Origin: Octopus sinensis
Taxonomy: Eukaryota
Direction: 5' to 3'
Assembly (NCBI RefSeq): GCF_006345805.1
Contig: NC_043007.1
Location: forward strand, 46,562,001 to 46,626,000
Length of the DNA stretch: 64,000 bases
Part shown: positions 27,252-40,002 of the stretch, piece by piece
Layout: every line of letters begins with the position of its first letter
Numbering within the stretch: the first letter of the stretch is position 1
Program-made: the position numbers and the translations under genes
Notes under the pieces: generated by a model
Databases searched by the model: none
Seen by the model: only the letters and a program-made list of their open reading frames with translations
What the model was told of the DNA's origin: nothing

Positions 27252-27340
27252 TTTCTTCCTGATGAGAAAGACACAATATGGTCCCATTATTCAATCGGAT
27301 TTTGGTAATTTGTGCCTTTCGAAACACGTGTAGAATGAAA
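27252..27340 (+). ncRNA. Minimal hammerhead ribozyme, inverted copy
   Basis: CTGATGA at 27259-27265, GAAAC at 27321-27325, GTA at 27330-27332. Confidence 0.8.
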
Positions 27341-27393
27341 TAAAACGATTTCTGTTCAATCTGCGTTCAGCTCCATTTCTTCAATTCACCAAT

Positions 27394-27424
<31 letters not shown>

Positions 27425-27467
27425 ACGAAACAAGGAGAGAAAATAAAGAATGTGTAGTGGCTAGTGT

Positions 27468-27537
<70 letters not shown>

Positions 27538-27589
27538 ATATATATATATTAATATATATATATGTATGTGTGTGTGTGTGTCTGTGTTT

Positions 27590-27778
27590 CTCCCCCACCA
27601 TCACTTGACAAACGATGTTGATCCCCGTAACTTAGCGGCCCAACAAAAAAGACCGATAGAATAAGTACTAGGCTTACAAACAATAAGTCCTGGGGTTGAT
27701 TTATTCGACTGAAGTCAGTGCTCCAGCATGGCCGCAGTCAAAATTACTGAAACAATTAAAATATTAAAAGAATAAATA
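27590..27778 (+). mobile_element. SINE tail copy
   Basis: ccccgtaacttagcgg...aataagtactaggcttacaaa...gtgctccagcatggccgcagtc; homologous to 15861-16055. Confidence 0.75.
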
Positions 27779-28242
27779 TGAGTGACTCATTGTCAATTTA
27801 ACAACCTAAAAGCAAATTTATAGACGTCATTAAAGTGACAGAGGGTGCAAAGTGGTACCAGCTTTGCTACAAATAAGAGTCGAAACGTCGGCTGTTAAAT
27901 TGCTAATAACCCACCCATACTTATAATTTTCACTTCTACCGTTTTAGAAATCAGCACATATTTTAAACGGCTTTTCTTATAAGTTGACGAGGTGAGTTGA
28001 GATTAACCCTATGCATAGTAAGATGTTCTGCATCAAAATTCGAAATCACGTGAAATTACTATATCTACGACCGTAGAGAGCCTTGTCTCCTTTGTCAGCT
28101 TATTATGATAGAGTTCTGGTGGCTAATATGTCGTTCTGACTCTTATTTCTAGCAATGCTGTTATCACTCTGTACCTTATCTCACTTTAGTGACGTCTATG
28201 AATTTGCCTTCAGGTTGTTAAATTGCTATTAAGCCACCCATG

Positions 28243-28699
<457 letters not shown>

Positions 28700-29429
28700 T
28701 TGCGTAACATATTTTAGGCAACTCTAGGCAGCGGTGTATATTAAACTGAAGAAAACATTGTGAACGTTTCCGCTTCTCTTCCCTTTAATACAGTTAATAA
28801 TTCTGGTAGAGCAGTTTTAGAGGAGTGTTTCTTCAATTCTCTCGAAATAAAAAGTGTAACAGCATTGTACTTCTTAAATTTGGTCGTTGGAAGTTATCAT
28901 ATTTAATGCCTTCCATATATATTAGTAATTGTAACGCATTTGGTGAGCAATACAGTCGCTGTTTAGTGGTTTCAAAACGAGAAACATTAATTGCCTAAAT
29001 TTCTAGGAGCCGGATCATTAACGAGATATTACACTGGTTTGCATTTGATAATTCTTTCATTTTTGTATTCATCGATGGGAATAATTCTTGAGTCGCTGAT
29101 TTTAAATATCTAAACCATTTTGCTCTATCACATAAAGATTTTCATTAAATACAAATTAATGATAATAGGAAATGTGATTGTTTTAAACATGGTTACTTTA
29201 TTAAAATGAAGCAAGTGATCATTGAAAAGAATATTCTGTTAGTTTTAAGAACACAGATATTCCACACAAACAAGAAATTAATTATGTTCATCCCGAAATG
29301 AATCTTAAATCATCAACATCAAATCAAATAATTGTAAAAAAAATCCTCCAAATGGTTATTCTACATATTGATTCAAAGGAAGGAGGACGGCTTTGAATTC
29401 CGCTTGTGTAGTGCATCTGGAATATCACG

Positions 29430-30740
29430 TTTCAGTTACCAGAAGTAATCCACTGAAATTCCATTTGCCCTAGTATCGAGTTCCTATGGTGTAGATATGC
29501 TGATAGAATCGCTCTCGTTGTTTCCCACTGTAATCCTGAAAAATCTTGGAAAAATAGTGAAGATGTGCGTGGAAATGTATATCTTGACATTCATTCTAAA
29601 CCCAAGCTGTTGCAAACATGAGATCAGGTCTTGGATAACTTTTCGTATTCTGGGGAGCAGCTGTTTTCCAAGACGTTTGGACATTCTGCTTGAAGGAAAA
29701 CCAGACATTCACTCGAGGCCTGCTAATGAATCCTCAAAATGCATGTCCATTAACTTTCAAATCTGGGGGCCAACAAAGATTCCTGCCTTTAGCTTGCCTT
29801 CGATTTGAGAAAGTATCATTGACTCCAAGTATTTGAAAGCAGCCCCATTCTTGTTCAGAGCCTTCACAAAATTTTTCATAGGCCCTAATTAGATATGGAA
29901 TGATGGTAGCAGACTTTTCTTGGGGTCAACTTGTAGCAAGGCTTTCAGGTTGTGATTTCCTGGTAAGAGGCTTGTGTTTAGTCGTCAGTCTTTTTTTTTT
30001 ATAGTGCTGAGTTTCTGCTCTACTACCTCAACGAAAAAGTAAATAAGGATACTTGTAGCATTCCCACTGGAAGATCTAATAGGAGAGCAATAACTTTCAA
30101 ACCACCACAAATAAGAAAACTATGATTACACTACTTGATGGCAGTTATTAGTGTCTTCATATTCTCATACGTTTCTGATATTTGAACCCTATAGTCAATT
30201 GCCACATATGCCGCGGTGTTGCACTTCTATAACAGTATTTAAAATTTTGTTAGAAGAATCAACTAAGAGGCTCCATTCATCTGCTTTGTACTACATCCCC
30301 ATGTGTTCAATAAGGCCACAAATATTTGAACAGAAAACTAAAGAACCCCGTTTCTCAAAGAACTGAGTGAAATACCGCTTCACGATCATGGTACCAAGTG
30401 AATGATGTTCAAGGTGCTAGAAGCCTGTGTTCTTCCGTCTAGGAACACAGCTACTGTGCACTTTTGTTTGGATGGCTAAGGTCTCTCACCAAGTCTACTT
30501 CGTTGAAGAGTTGGGGATCGTCATTTGTTGGTGGTTTATATTCCACTTCCATCGCATTATTATAACTAGTATCAAACTCGGATGAAATTTCCCGTCTCAC
30601 TTCGCACAGGTAAAGGAATATCATCTGAGTGTGGAACAGGCCTTATTGCTGATGGTATATTTGGATATATTGTGCGGTCCGTATTCATATTATTCCTAAA
30701 AATAAAATTCCCGGGCATTATACACCACAAAAACTTACCC
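29430..30740 (-). mobile_element. Decayed CMC-superfamily (Chapaev3-like) DDE transposase
   Basis: Pieces across frames: IYPNIPSAIRPVPHSDDIPLPV (~30600-30680), DPQLFNEVDLVRDL (~30480-30520), KKVLLPSFHI*LGPMKNFVKALNKNGAAFKYL..GIFVGPQI (~29760-29925), and a degenerate H-x4-H...ERFYQHI..RY*GKW region (~29460-29590). Family assignment is from motif recognition only. Confidence 0.7.
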
Positions 30741-30755
30741 TTGCCATTATATATA

Positions 30756-30798
<43 letters not shown>

Positions 30799-30802
30799 TA
30801 TA

Positions 30803-31103
30803 TTCGGTTAAGTAATTGAGATTCTAGTGAATTCTAAAGAATTCACATGAATATGGTCCTTAACTAGGATGCACCGAAATCTATATGGTGTTAACCATAC
30901 GACAAGTGGGGTGATTACAAATAGGAAAAAAGCAACAAGAATGGATTAAAATCTCGGTACGATCGTTTCGTACGAGGACATCTTTAATAAGCTACAAAAA
31001 ATGCAGTGAATACAGATGACTCGTACTCGTCAGCCGAAAAAATTTCAGAGAATTCCCAAACATCAAAAGGGGTAGATACAAAAGAGGTTGTAGGATTAAC
31101 TGC

Positions 31104-31141
<38 letters not shown>

Positions 31142-31620
31142 GCCTAAAAGCTAGTTCAGGAAGAGGGCATCTTTGAGGCCTGCGGCCCCATTATCCGACC
31201 GCCTTGTAACCCTCTACCCTTTTGTAATTAAGCTTATTTCTGCAAATGTGTTAATCATTGATGGTGATCATAGCTTCATCAATAAGTGTAGCAGCGAAGT
31301 GAATGCAGTAAAAATAGGTGGGGTCAGTGGGGACCCATTTAAGCGGCCCTTCAGAAATTGAACCTCCTTAAGATACTATCTATGATATCATGGTATGAAA
31401 TTCTTCATCATTACTCGGATTTGGTCGCCAATGCCATGTATTTACTTTAAAATGCAGTGATAATAGGGGGTCTCTGAAGGCCCAAATTAGGTGGCCCTTA
31501 AAAAATAGACCTGCATTACTTAGAACATTCCTTGGTATTAGGGGAGTTGCTAGTCTGAGTTTCGTTGTCCTTGCGCCAACGAGCTCGGAGAAGTTAATGA
31601 ACATAAAAACATAACGGACA
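30803..31620 (-). mobile_element. PLE 3' fragment (possible GIY-YIG C-terminal remnant plus 3' UTR with HHR), interrupted by (TA)n at ~31107-31138
   Basis: HHR at 30952-31039; stop-riddled ..TPYYHC..IRVMMKNFIP..GRLN (31330-31490) resembles a PLE EN C-terminus; (TA)n flanks. Confidence 0.55.
30952..31039 (-). ncRNA. Minimal type I hammerhead ribozyme with intact core
   Basis: tttcgg-CTGACGA-gtacgag...ctcgtac-GAAAC-gatc-GTA-ccgaga. 6-bp stem I, 7-bp stem II extended by catct/agatg, palindromic stem III ACGATCGT. Confidence 0.85.
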
Positions 31621-31636
31621 GAGAAACATCACTCAA

Positions 31637-31685
<49 letters not shown>

Positions 31686-31875
31686 ACGTTTTCGTCTATT
31701 GAATCAAATCACAAGGCTTTCGTCAGCCCAACGATACAGTAGATGACCATCGTCCCAAATGCTACGCAGTCGGTGTGAAACCCCAACCATGCGGTTGGAA
31801 AGCATGTTTCTCACCAAACAGCAACCCCTGCGCCCGCACACGCGCACAAAGATATATATATATATATATATCACA

Positions 31876-32003
31876 ATAAGGGTGAAAAAAATTGAATATT
31901 AATTAATAACATCAACTTAAAACACCAAGTGACCTAGCGAAAAAACTGGGATACAGTAAAAATTATTAATACAGTAATATTACTTGTATTAATAATTTTT
32001 ACT
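31876..32003. repeat. PLE-type terminal fragment ending in a loopless fold-back palindrome (31955-32003)
   Basis: agtaaaaattattaatacagtaat|attacttgtattaataatttttact, one indel between arms. The left part resembles 32713-32790 and the reverse complement of 21790-21885. Confidence 0.65.
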
Positions 32004-32027
32004 ATATATATATATATATATATATAT

Positions 32028-32067
<40 letters not shown>

Positions 32068-32439
32068 ATATATATATATATTTACATTTTTAGTGGGGAA
32101 GCACACGTGGTGGGTATATATAGAAAATAAGAATAAATTTTAAAAACACAGATTTGCTTTACAGGATTGAAGAGTATATTAGAGCCATGATAATAAATAT
32201 ACTATACCGTTTCCAACAAAATAAAGTTTTGTTATTTTTTATAATTGTAATAAGGACCGGTTTCGTATTCCTCATCAAACTGAGAGTTAAAAGAGATAAA
32301 TTGCTAGGATAAAAAATATTTTACTATTTGTAAATCCTTCTTGTAAGGTTGAAGGGGATATATACTGGAGTGAAGGCAGCATGTTCTTTGTCTATCTCCT
32401 TCACTTCTTGGAGATGGTAGGTATAATTTTACTAATGTA

Positions 32440-32693
32440 TCCATCTGTTTTAATTGACTTGATTTCTATGTCTTTGTGCAGCTGATGATTGCTCTGCATT
32501 TAAAATTGATGTAATGATTGCATTGTTCAATTAAATGGAGTTGCATGAAAGGATCGTACTGCATTACCTCTGGATATTCTTGTTGCTTATTTTGATTTTA
32601 ATCGCATCACATTGAATGTATGGATAATTCCGTACTAAATTCTGGTGACTCAAATTAAGTACCATTTCAATCTGAATCAAAATTTTTGCTGAA
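32440..32693 (+). mobile_element. PLE 3' fragment with slightly mutated HHR (32476-32564)
   Basis: gtgcag-CTGATGA-ttgc...gcat-GAAAg-gatc-GTA-ctgcat. A homologous diverged copy lies at 45655-45840. Confidence 0.6.
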
Positions 32694-32712
32694 CTTATAT
32701 ATATATATATAA

Positions 32713-33280
<568 letters not shown>

Positions 33281-34233
33281 AACAATCATGCGAGCACACA
33301 CGCCCTCACCACACACACACACTGATATGAATATTTACATGATAAGACCTAATTACCAGTCACTATAACATCACACCATACATTCGTATAGAGACGGGAC
33401 TGATGAAGATTCTGTATGTGTATGTCAAAAATTGCGGGTATGGATAAAATAATACGAATATTATGAAATATGTTACGTTAGCTGAACTAAGGCAGTGTTG
33501 GGACAGAGGTGACCAAAACCAGAAGCAAAATTACTGCTAGAGGAATTAGAGAATGAAAGAAATGTGATCTTATTTTAATGTACTACATGAAGCTCTGCTA
33601 ACGACTAGTGTACATTTTATGCTAAGATATTTCCCAAATAGTAAATTTCTGCTGTATTTATGTGTCCTGTCACGAGATTTCTCTTCGCAAGAACTCATAC
33701 GACTAAATGCAATACATTTACTACAGCTCTAAGTACTGCTCTTTTACTGACAAATTTTATGAGATGGACGATTTATATTTACTTTTATTTATTTATTGCT
33801 TTTTCATAGTTTCTTTATTTTTCTTCGCTAAATGTACTCACTGATTAATCTTTATGTTCGTCACATACTGCTGGTGTTGGAAATATTGCGTAACCATATA
33901 TAATTAGTGTGAAGTCTCCATAGAGTCATTAAAAAAATATGCAATATGTCATAATGTCCTTACATCGTTAGCTGATGTATAGAAATATAACGAAATAAAA
34001 ACAAAACAAGGATTCTCAGAATCAGAGGAAAATAGAAATATATATACTGTATGAGTGCATGCAAATACATACACCAACACAGTATACACACTCATGCACA
34101 CACGTACATACATATTCATAACGACACATATTCATAACAACAGACATACCCGTGTTACTATATATTGTCTTAATACATGTATATATATATATATATAGAT
34201 AGATATATATGTATGTATATATGTATATATATA

Positions 34234-34272
<39 letters not shown>

Positions 34273-35241
34273 CATGTATATATTGCATATGGTAATAATA
34301 TATTAACATAAATATCACGTATGTGTATACACGCATAAATACATACGTATATATATCTTTATATTGTGTGTGCGTGTGCATGTATGTATAAACACCAGAT
34401 AATATATACAGACACATACAAATATTGAAATAAGTCTATACGTGTATCTCTCTATATATCACATTTGTTTGTGCGTATATGTGTGTGTGTGCATGTGTGT
34501 GTGTATGTGTGTGTGTGTGTGTGTGTGCGCGTGAATAAGAAAAAAGTGTCAGAGAGAACAATCTGCATGTCATCATCAACGAGACAGTTATAACACAGCA
34601 GTAAGAGAGAAGAAGGTACGACAAAATAGCTTTTAAAGAAATTACGTACAACTGAAAATTGGAAGAAAAATATCTGGTGACTAATTTTCGACAAGATAAC
34701 TTCCAGGTTAAAAAAAAACATTAATATTATTCATTAATATGCCGTAAGGCATTCGCTATCTGCGCGGTGTATCAATTTATCTAATAGAATATATTCAATG
34801 AAGACATGGCTAATACATAAGCAATGTAAGCAGTAAATGCAGAAGTGTACAAATTTTTCTTGCTAGTCTCTTCTACACAATCAGAGAAGAAATATTATGA
34901 ATACTAATTACACACTGATTCTACCTTAGGAATTGTCCATAATTATTTCCTAGAAAAAAGAATGTATGTTTATATTGTTTCCGTTTGTCTTTATTCTGCA
35001 TCTGTTTTAGAAACATAAGCATTTTGTTCAGTGCATATTTTTCAATTTCGTCCATTTTTCAGTGCAAATTTCATTTCTGAATGGGCGAATTGTATTACCA
35101 GAGAATGTAAGCGAATTTTCAAAGGTCCTTAGTAAACAATGAAATGATGAGACCTAGTGATCTTGTTAAAAGAATACATAGAGTATGAGAGGGAAATAGA
35201 TAGATAGTTAGCGAGAGAGAGAGAGGGAGATAGAGGATGAG

Positions 35242-35350
35242 GAAGAAGAAGAAGAAGAAGAAGAAGAAGAAGAAGAAGAAGAAGAAGAAGAAGAAGAAGA
35301 AGAAGAAGAAGAAGAAGAAGAAGAAGAAGAAGAAGAAGAAGAAGAAGAAG
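35242..35350. repeat. (GAA)n microsatellite
   Basis: Seen directly. Confidence 0.95.
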
Positions 35351-35661
35351 ATATAGAGGGGAAGGAAAAGGAATTCATATATAGATGCTAAGAGTAAAAA
35401 ATGAATTCCTTTATTATAGAAAATTCAATCACTAGAGAACCCTTGAAGAATGCTTTATCAATGGGCATGCATACGGTGATCGAGATTTAATTTCGTTGAG
35501 TGATCGACATTCAATTTCGTTGGTACGTTGGGTCACATAATCAGATCACTGAGCCTTTTGTGAGAACCATTGTCTGACAACCGAAATTGTAGTTTTCACG
35601 GTTGTTACGGTTCCTCAGTGTTTCTACACCGATTCCTACCTCCCAATCTACTGAACGTTTG

Positions 35662-36699
35662 TATTAGGCCGTCAAGTATAAAGTTTGTAGTAAGGTATAT
35701 GATAAACTTTAACAGCTGCTTATTTTGCGCCATTATTATATTTAGACAAGCTTTATTTTTTGTTAGAAAGCTGAGACATCTATTTCTTTATTCTAACAAA
35801 TGAGCAACGTGGTCGACTAGAAACAAAAGTGAACAAAGATGAACTGAAAGCCCCCGTCGAGACAAATCCATCTCAAATTGCCCGTGAATTATCGTTGTTG
35901 TTTCGTGTTAGAAAGCGAACAATATTGACTCACCTAGCTTAATTTGGTAAAGTGAAAAGTTTGGATAAGTGGGTTCCACATGATGTCAATGAAAATCACA
36001 AGCACCAGGGTTTGGAAGCCTGCATTATGCTACTTTGTTGTCACAAATATAAATAATTTTTAAATCGAATTGTAACATGTCATGAGAAATGGATCCAATA
36101 TAACAATCGCAAACGTTCAGCACAATGGTTGGGCAAAGATGAGCCACCTAAATACAGTCCGAAAAGCAAAATTCATCAAAAGAAGCTGATGGTGTGTTTC
36201 GTGGTCTGGCGCAAGTGTGATCCATTATGACTTCATTAATCACGGCCGAAGTATACAGCAGCTAACTTGCCCAAATGATGCAGAAACTCACAAAAAAAAA
36301 ACAGCCTAGATTAATCAACAGATCCACTTCTATTTTATTGCAATGCAACGCCAGACCACATGTCGCAAAGGCGGCATTGACGATACTTCAGGAGTTGGAG
36401 TTGGAAGTTCTCCATCATCCACCATTCTCACCTGATCTTGCTCCCTCTGACTACCGCTTCTTCCAGAATTTGGAAAAATTTTTGATAATTCCGATGATGC
36501 TGTAAAACGCCTTCCAAGAGTTTATTAATTCTAGATTGCCAGGCTTTTACAGTACTGGGCATGACAAGCTACCGCTGAAAGGGCAAAAGTATATTGAAAG
36601 TATGGGTGCATGCTTTGATGAATAAAACTATTTCTTGTTTTTATAAAACAGTAACCAATTTTTTTCTTTTCTACAAATTTCATACTTGACGACCTAATA
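35662..36699 (+). mobile_element. Decayed mariner (DD34D) transposon with both TIRs, internally deleted
   Basis: TIRs tattaggccgtcaagtataaagtttgtag (35662) and ctacaaatttcatacttgacgacctaata (36671-36699). Motifs WVPHD, RIVTCHEKW, LLQCNARPHV, HPPFSPDLAPSDYRFF. Confidence 0.92.
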
Positions 36700-36734
36700 T
36701 CTGTAAGTTATTTTCGCGTAAACGCATTCTTGCT

Positions 36735-36985
36735 TGTTGCTTCCCAATCACATTGTTTGGAGTTCAGTCCCACGGCGTGACACTTTGGCTAAATATCTAG
36801 TGAGTGGCTAGGTATGTATGTGTGTATGTGTGTGTGTGTGTGAGCGTGTGTGTGTGTGTGTCTGTGTGAGCGTGTATTTTGTGTTTGTGTTCGTCCCCCA
36901 GTGACACATGACAACTGTGCGTCGGTGTGAGTAGCGGTTCGGGTAAAGATATCGATAGAATAAGTACCAGGCGTTACAAAATGTA
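36735..36985 (+). mobile_element. tRNA-SINE copy (head, (TG)n, truncated tail)
   Basis: ttgcttcccaatcac...ggagttcagtccc head and gatcgatagaataagtaccagg tail, same family as 15861-16409. Confidence 0.6.
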
Positions 36986-37820
36986 TCTAAATCCGGTGTG
37001 TTTGTAAATTTTAGCCTTCTTTTTATAGATATATTCAAAACATTTGTACCGGTTTCATGGTATTTCCTTTGGTTTGTATTTCACTGAAGTTTATAATTTC
37101 CCTCTTCTAATCTATATCAAATACATAGACATATATACATATACACACACATTCATACGTGCTTGTAAATATATACATACGTATCTTTCTTACAATCTCT
37201 CTCTGTATCTTTATATATATATATGTATATGTGCACATGTGTGCGGATGTGGATGTGTGCGCGTGTGTGTGTGTGTTTATGTTACTATCTATATGTTCAA
37301 AGATGCGATGCATATGTATCTGTGTTCTTATTCGGAATCTGTATCATCTAAAATAATACCGTATGGGAAAGTGATATATTATCTCTTGATATGAATTGTT
37401 TTGATATCTTTCACTCTATTACATCTGACATCATGTTCCTTCATATACTATTTCCGATATAAAATATATCTATTGAATATTGGAACCAACATCTATAGTG
37501 TTCAATAATAAAAGCATATTCACATGCTCGTAAATGTTAAGTATTTTACATACTGCATTGTGACCGGTGAAGTCTAGCGTTTTATTTTCCCCTTACGCAG
37601 CGATGAATGTTTAAAAGCAAAAAGGAAAAGAATCATTTGCAAAAATACATTTCAGAGGAACAAAATACTTCTTAGTGTTACAGAAGAGTCTAAATATATG
37701 TAAGTGAAGATATGCGACTCAGGTGGGTGGCCCTAAGCGGAGCTGTCACATATTCGTCGACCTTTGTTGAGAACATAGCACTCAATTTGTGGCTGAGGTA
37801 GGTCATATTTTAGGTGGGTC

Positions 37821-38038
37821 AAGGTGGTGAGCTGCCAGAAACGTTAGCACGCCGGGCTTTCCTCTGCCGCTACGTTCTTAGTTCAAATTCTGCCAGGGTC
37901 GACTTTACCTTTCATCCTTTCGGGGTCGATTAAATAAGTACCAGTTACGCACTGGGGTCGAAATAATCGATTTAATCCGTTTGTCTGTCCGTGTTTGTCC
38001 CCTCTGTGTTTAGCCCCTTGTGGGTAGTAAAGAAATAC
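37821..38038 (+). mobile_element. SINE (second family)
   Basis: aaggtggtgagctgccagaaacgttagc...agttcaaattctgcc (B-box-like)...ggtcgactttacctttcatcc...gtgggtagtaaagaaata. Confidence 0.75.
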
Positions 38039-39483
38039 ATATTTTATGTGGGCTACATTTTAACAAGGGTTAACTTAAAAATATAATTCCACGACTGAAC
38101 ATATTAGTTTCTTTGTCTCACTTTTGTTTAGTTACTTTCTTTAATAACTCAATTCAATAACAAAATATTTTACTTCTGTAACATTTAAACTAAGTTTTTA
38201 TTATACAGATATTTCATATATTTATGCAAATATAACTGTAGAACTATAATCGGAATGTGACGTTTCATATAAAACTCTGGGCGAGATTAAATTAATTGTG
38301 CAGCAAAATTAATAACAAGATAAATACAAAGAATACAATAAAAATAATGAAATATATCTGGAAGGACACAATTGATACAATCGTCTATGACATTCGATTT
38401 ATTGTATAAAAATAACCTTTGGGTAGATTTCTCTGCAAGAGATAATGAATATAAGATTTTCCAATATTTCTGTGTCGACTGGACTGATTTTCCAATATAT
38501 TTGAGTCGAATTTTCGACTAAGATATATGGAGTCTTTAGAAATAATGGTTCTTCAGTTGTGCCACTCCACACTAACACTTCTGAAATAACCATCACGTTC
38601 CTTATATTACTTTGTCTACCTCTCGTCTCTCACTATCTACTTCATTAATTCCCATCTCAAGAATATTAACCTCTTAGATTTCCCCATTCACTACCGCCAT
38701 TCCTAAAGATGTCAACTGAAAGTTGTTCAATATCAATATAAAGTGCATCTATCTCTCTAGTCTATGAAACTCAGCAAATATCATTACAACTGTCCCTTTC
38801 TCTCACGTGAAATAACAGCAAAGGATAACAATTTATCAAACGTAAATAGTGACCTGAAAACTCCCAAATTTGATCATTGGTTCATATTTCAGAAGAAAAT
38901 GAATATTCGTGCTGCTTCTGAAATAACAGCTAGTCTACTTAGATCAGGTGGTAAGTGGTAATAGTATTGATATCATTTATGTAAATAAGATCAAGATTTG
39001 CAGCGAATTAAACAGCTTAAACTGGCTTCTGGTGCATCGCACTCTCTTGTGTTTCCACGTTGAGAGTAAATATGGGACTTGGCGCATGGCATGACAGTAA
39101 CTGATAACAAAAAATAAGCATGGGGAATAGTATGAACTTCTTCCCGTGTTTCAATAGTGATGGAATTTATTCCCGAATTTGTAATATTTTAAAATATATT
39201 AAAATAATCATAGGTTAAGAAGACTAGTTAGTCATTAAGATTCAACATAATTGATACAAAGTAGGAACGTAATTACCCTTCATGGTAGTTATGGTGTTCT
39301 ATTTTCCTTCATTGAGTGACTTGGTTACAACAAAAAGGTCGGTAATTTTATTGATTTATTATTGGATTATCAACATAAGTAATGAAAAAATAGACAATTA
39401 CGAACGAACTGATTCTTGTGTAGATACATGCAATTTCTACAGCTGTACTTTATTTTCTGCTGATTTTCTTTCATAGTTTGACT

Positions 39484-39830
39484 TGAGAAAGGGATGTGTT
39501 ATTATGCTGTTTTGAAACAGAACAACGTGTAATGGACATTGAAATGGAAGAATTGGAATACATCATTTATATGAAGCTGGGATTAAAGCATCCGACATTG
39601 TAACAGGAGGTGAGCATTACAGAAAGCATGTTATTGTGTCAAGAGTTAAACTGAGACATTCTGACATCATCCTGCCATTCAGACTTATGTGATTACGAGT
39701 TTCTATTCGAGCGGATTTCGTAATAAAATTGAATAAATCTCAATGCCAATCATTGAGAAAAATAAGGCTCTTCTCCCAAACTGATGTATTTCTACTTGGA
39801 CAATTGTATAATAACTCTGTCAAAAAATAC
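39484..39830 (+). pseudogene. PIF1-type (Helitron RepHel) helicase C-terminal fragment
   Basis: KGCVIML..RVKL..LPFRL..RVSIRADFVIKLNKSQCQSL..VFLLGQLYITLSK corresponds to PIF1 motifs (TINKSQGQT; FSHGQLYVALSR). Stops present. Confidence 0.75.
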
Positions 39831-40002
39831 GCAGTGTGGTTAAAGTCAAGTGACAAAATTGAAAAAGGGGCTAACATCCCGCATATTGAACGATGCAGAT
39901 ATTGAACGTTTTAAAGTTTGTATCATTCGAGTAAAAGATTCTGAGTTATGCATAAATACACACACACACACACACATATATACATATGTGGATATGTATA
40001 TA

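Larger units (their letters stand above)
22434..27401 (-). mobile_element. Near-complete Penelope-like retroelement (RT plus C-terminal GIY-YIG) with direct and inverted pseudo-LTRs
   Basis: ORF region 23337-26034. 22434-22749 is directly repeated at 26072-26387; 26388-27401 is an inverted copy of 22582-23597. (TA)n on both flanks; three HHR copies. Confidence 0.95.

Noticed and set aside
31683-31735. CTGACGA...GAAA on the minus strand
   Set aside because: Stems I and II do not pair convincingly; at best a decayed HHR.
32254-32287. TTGATGA-ggaatac-GAAACCGGTC on the minus strand
   Set aside because: Core C3 is mutated, stem II is minimal and stem I is unpaired; not called as a ribozyme.
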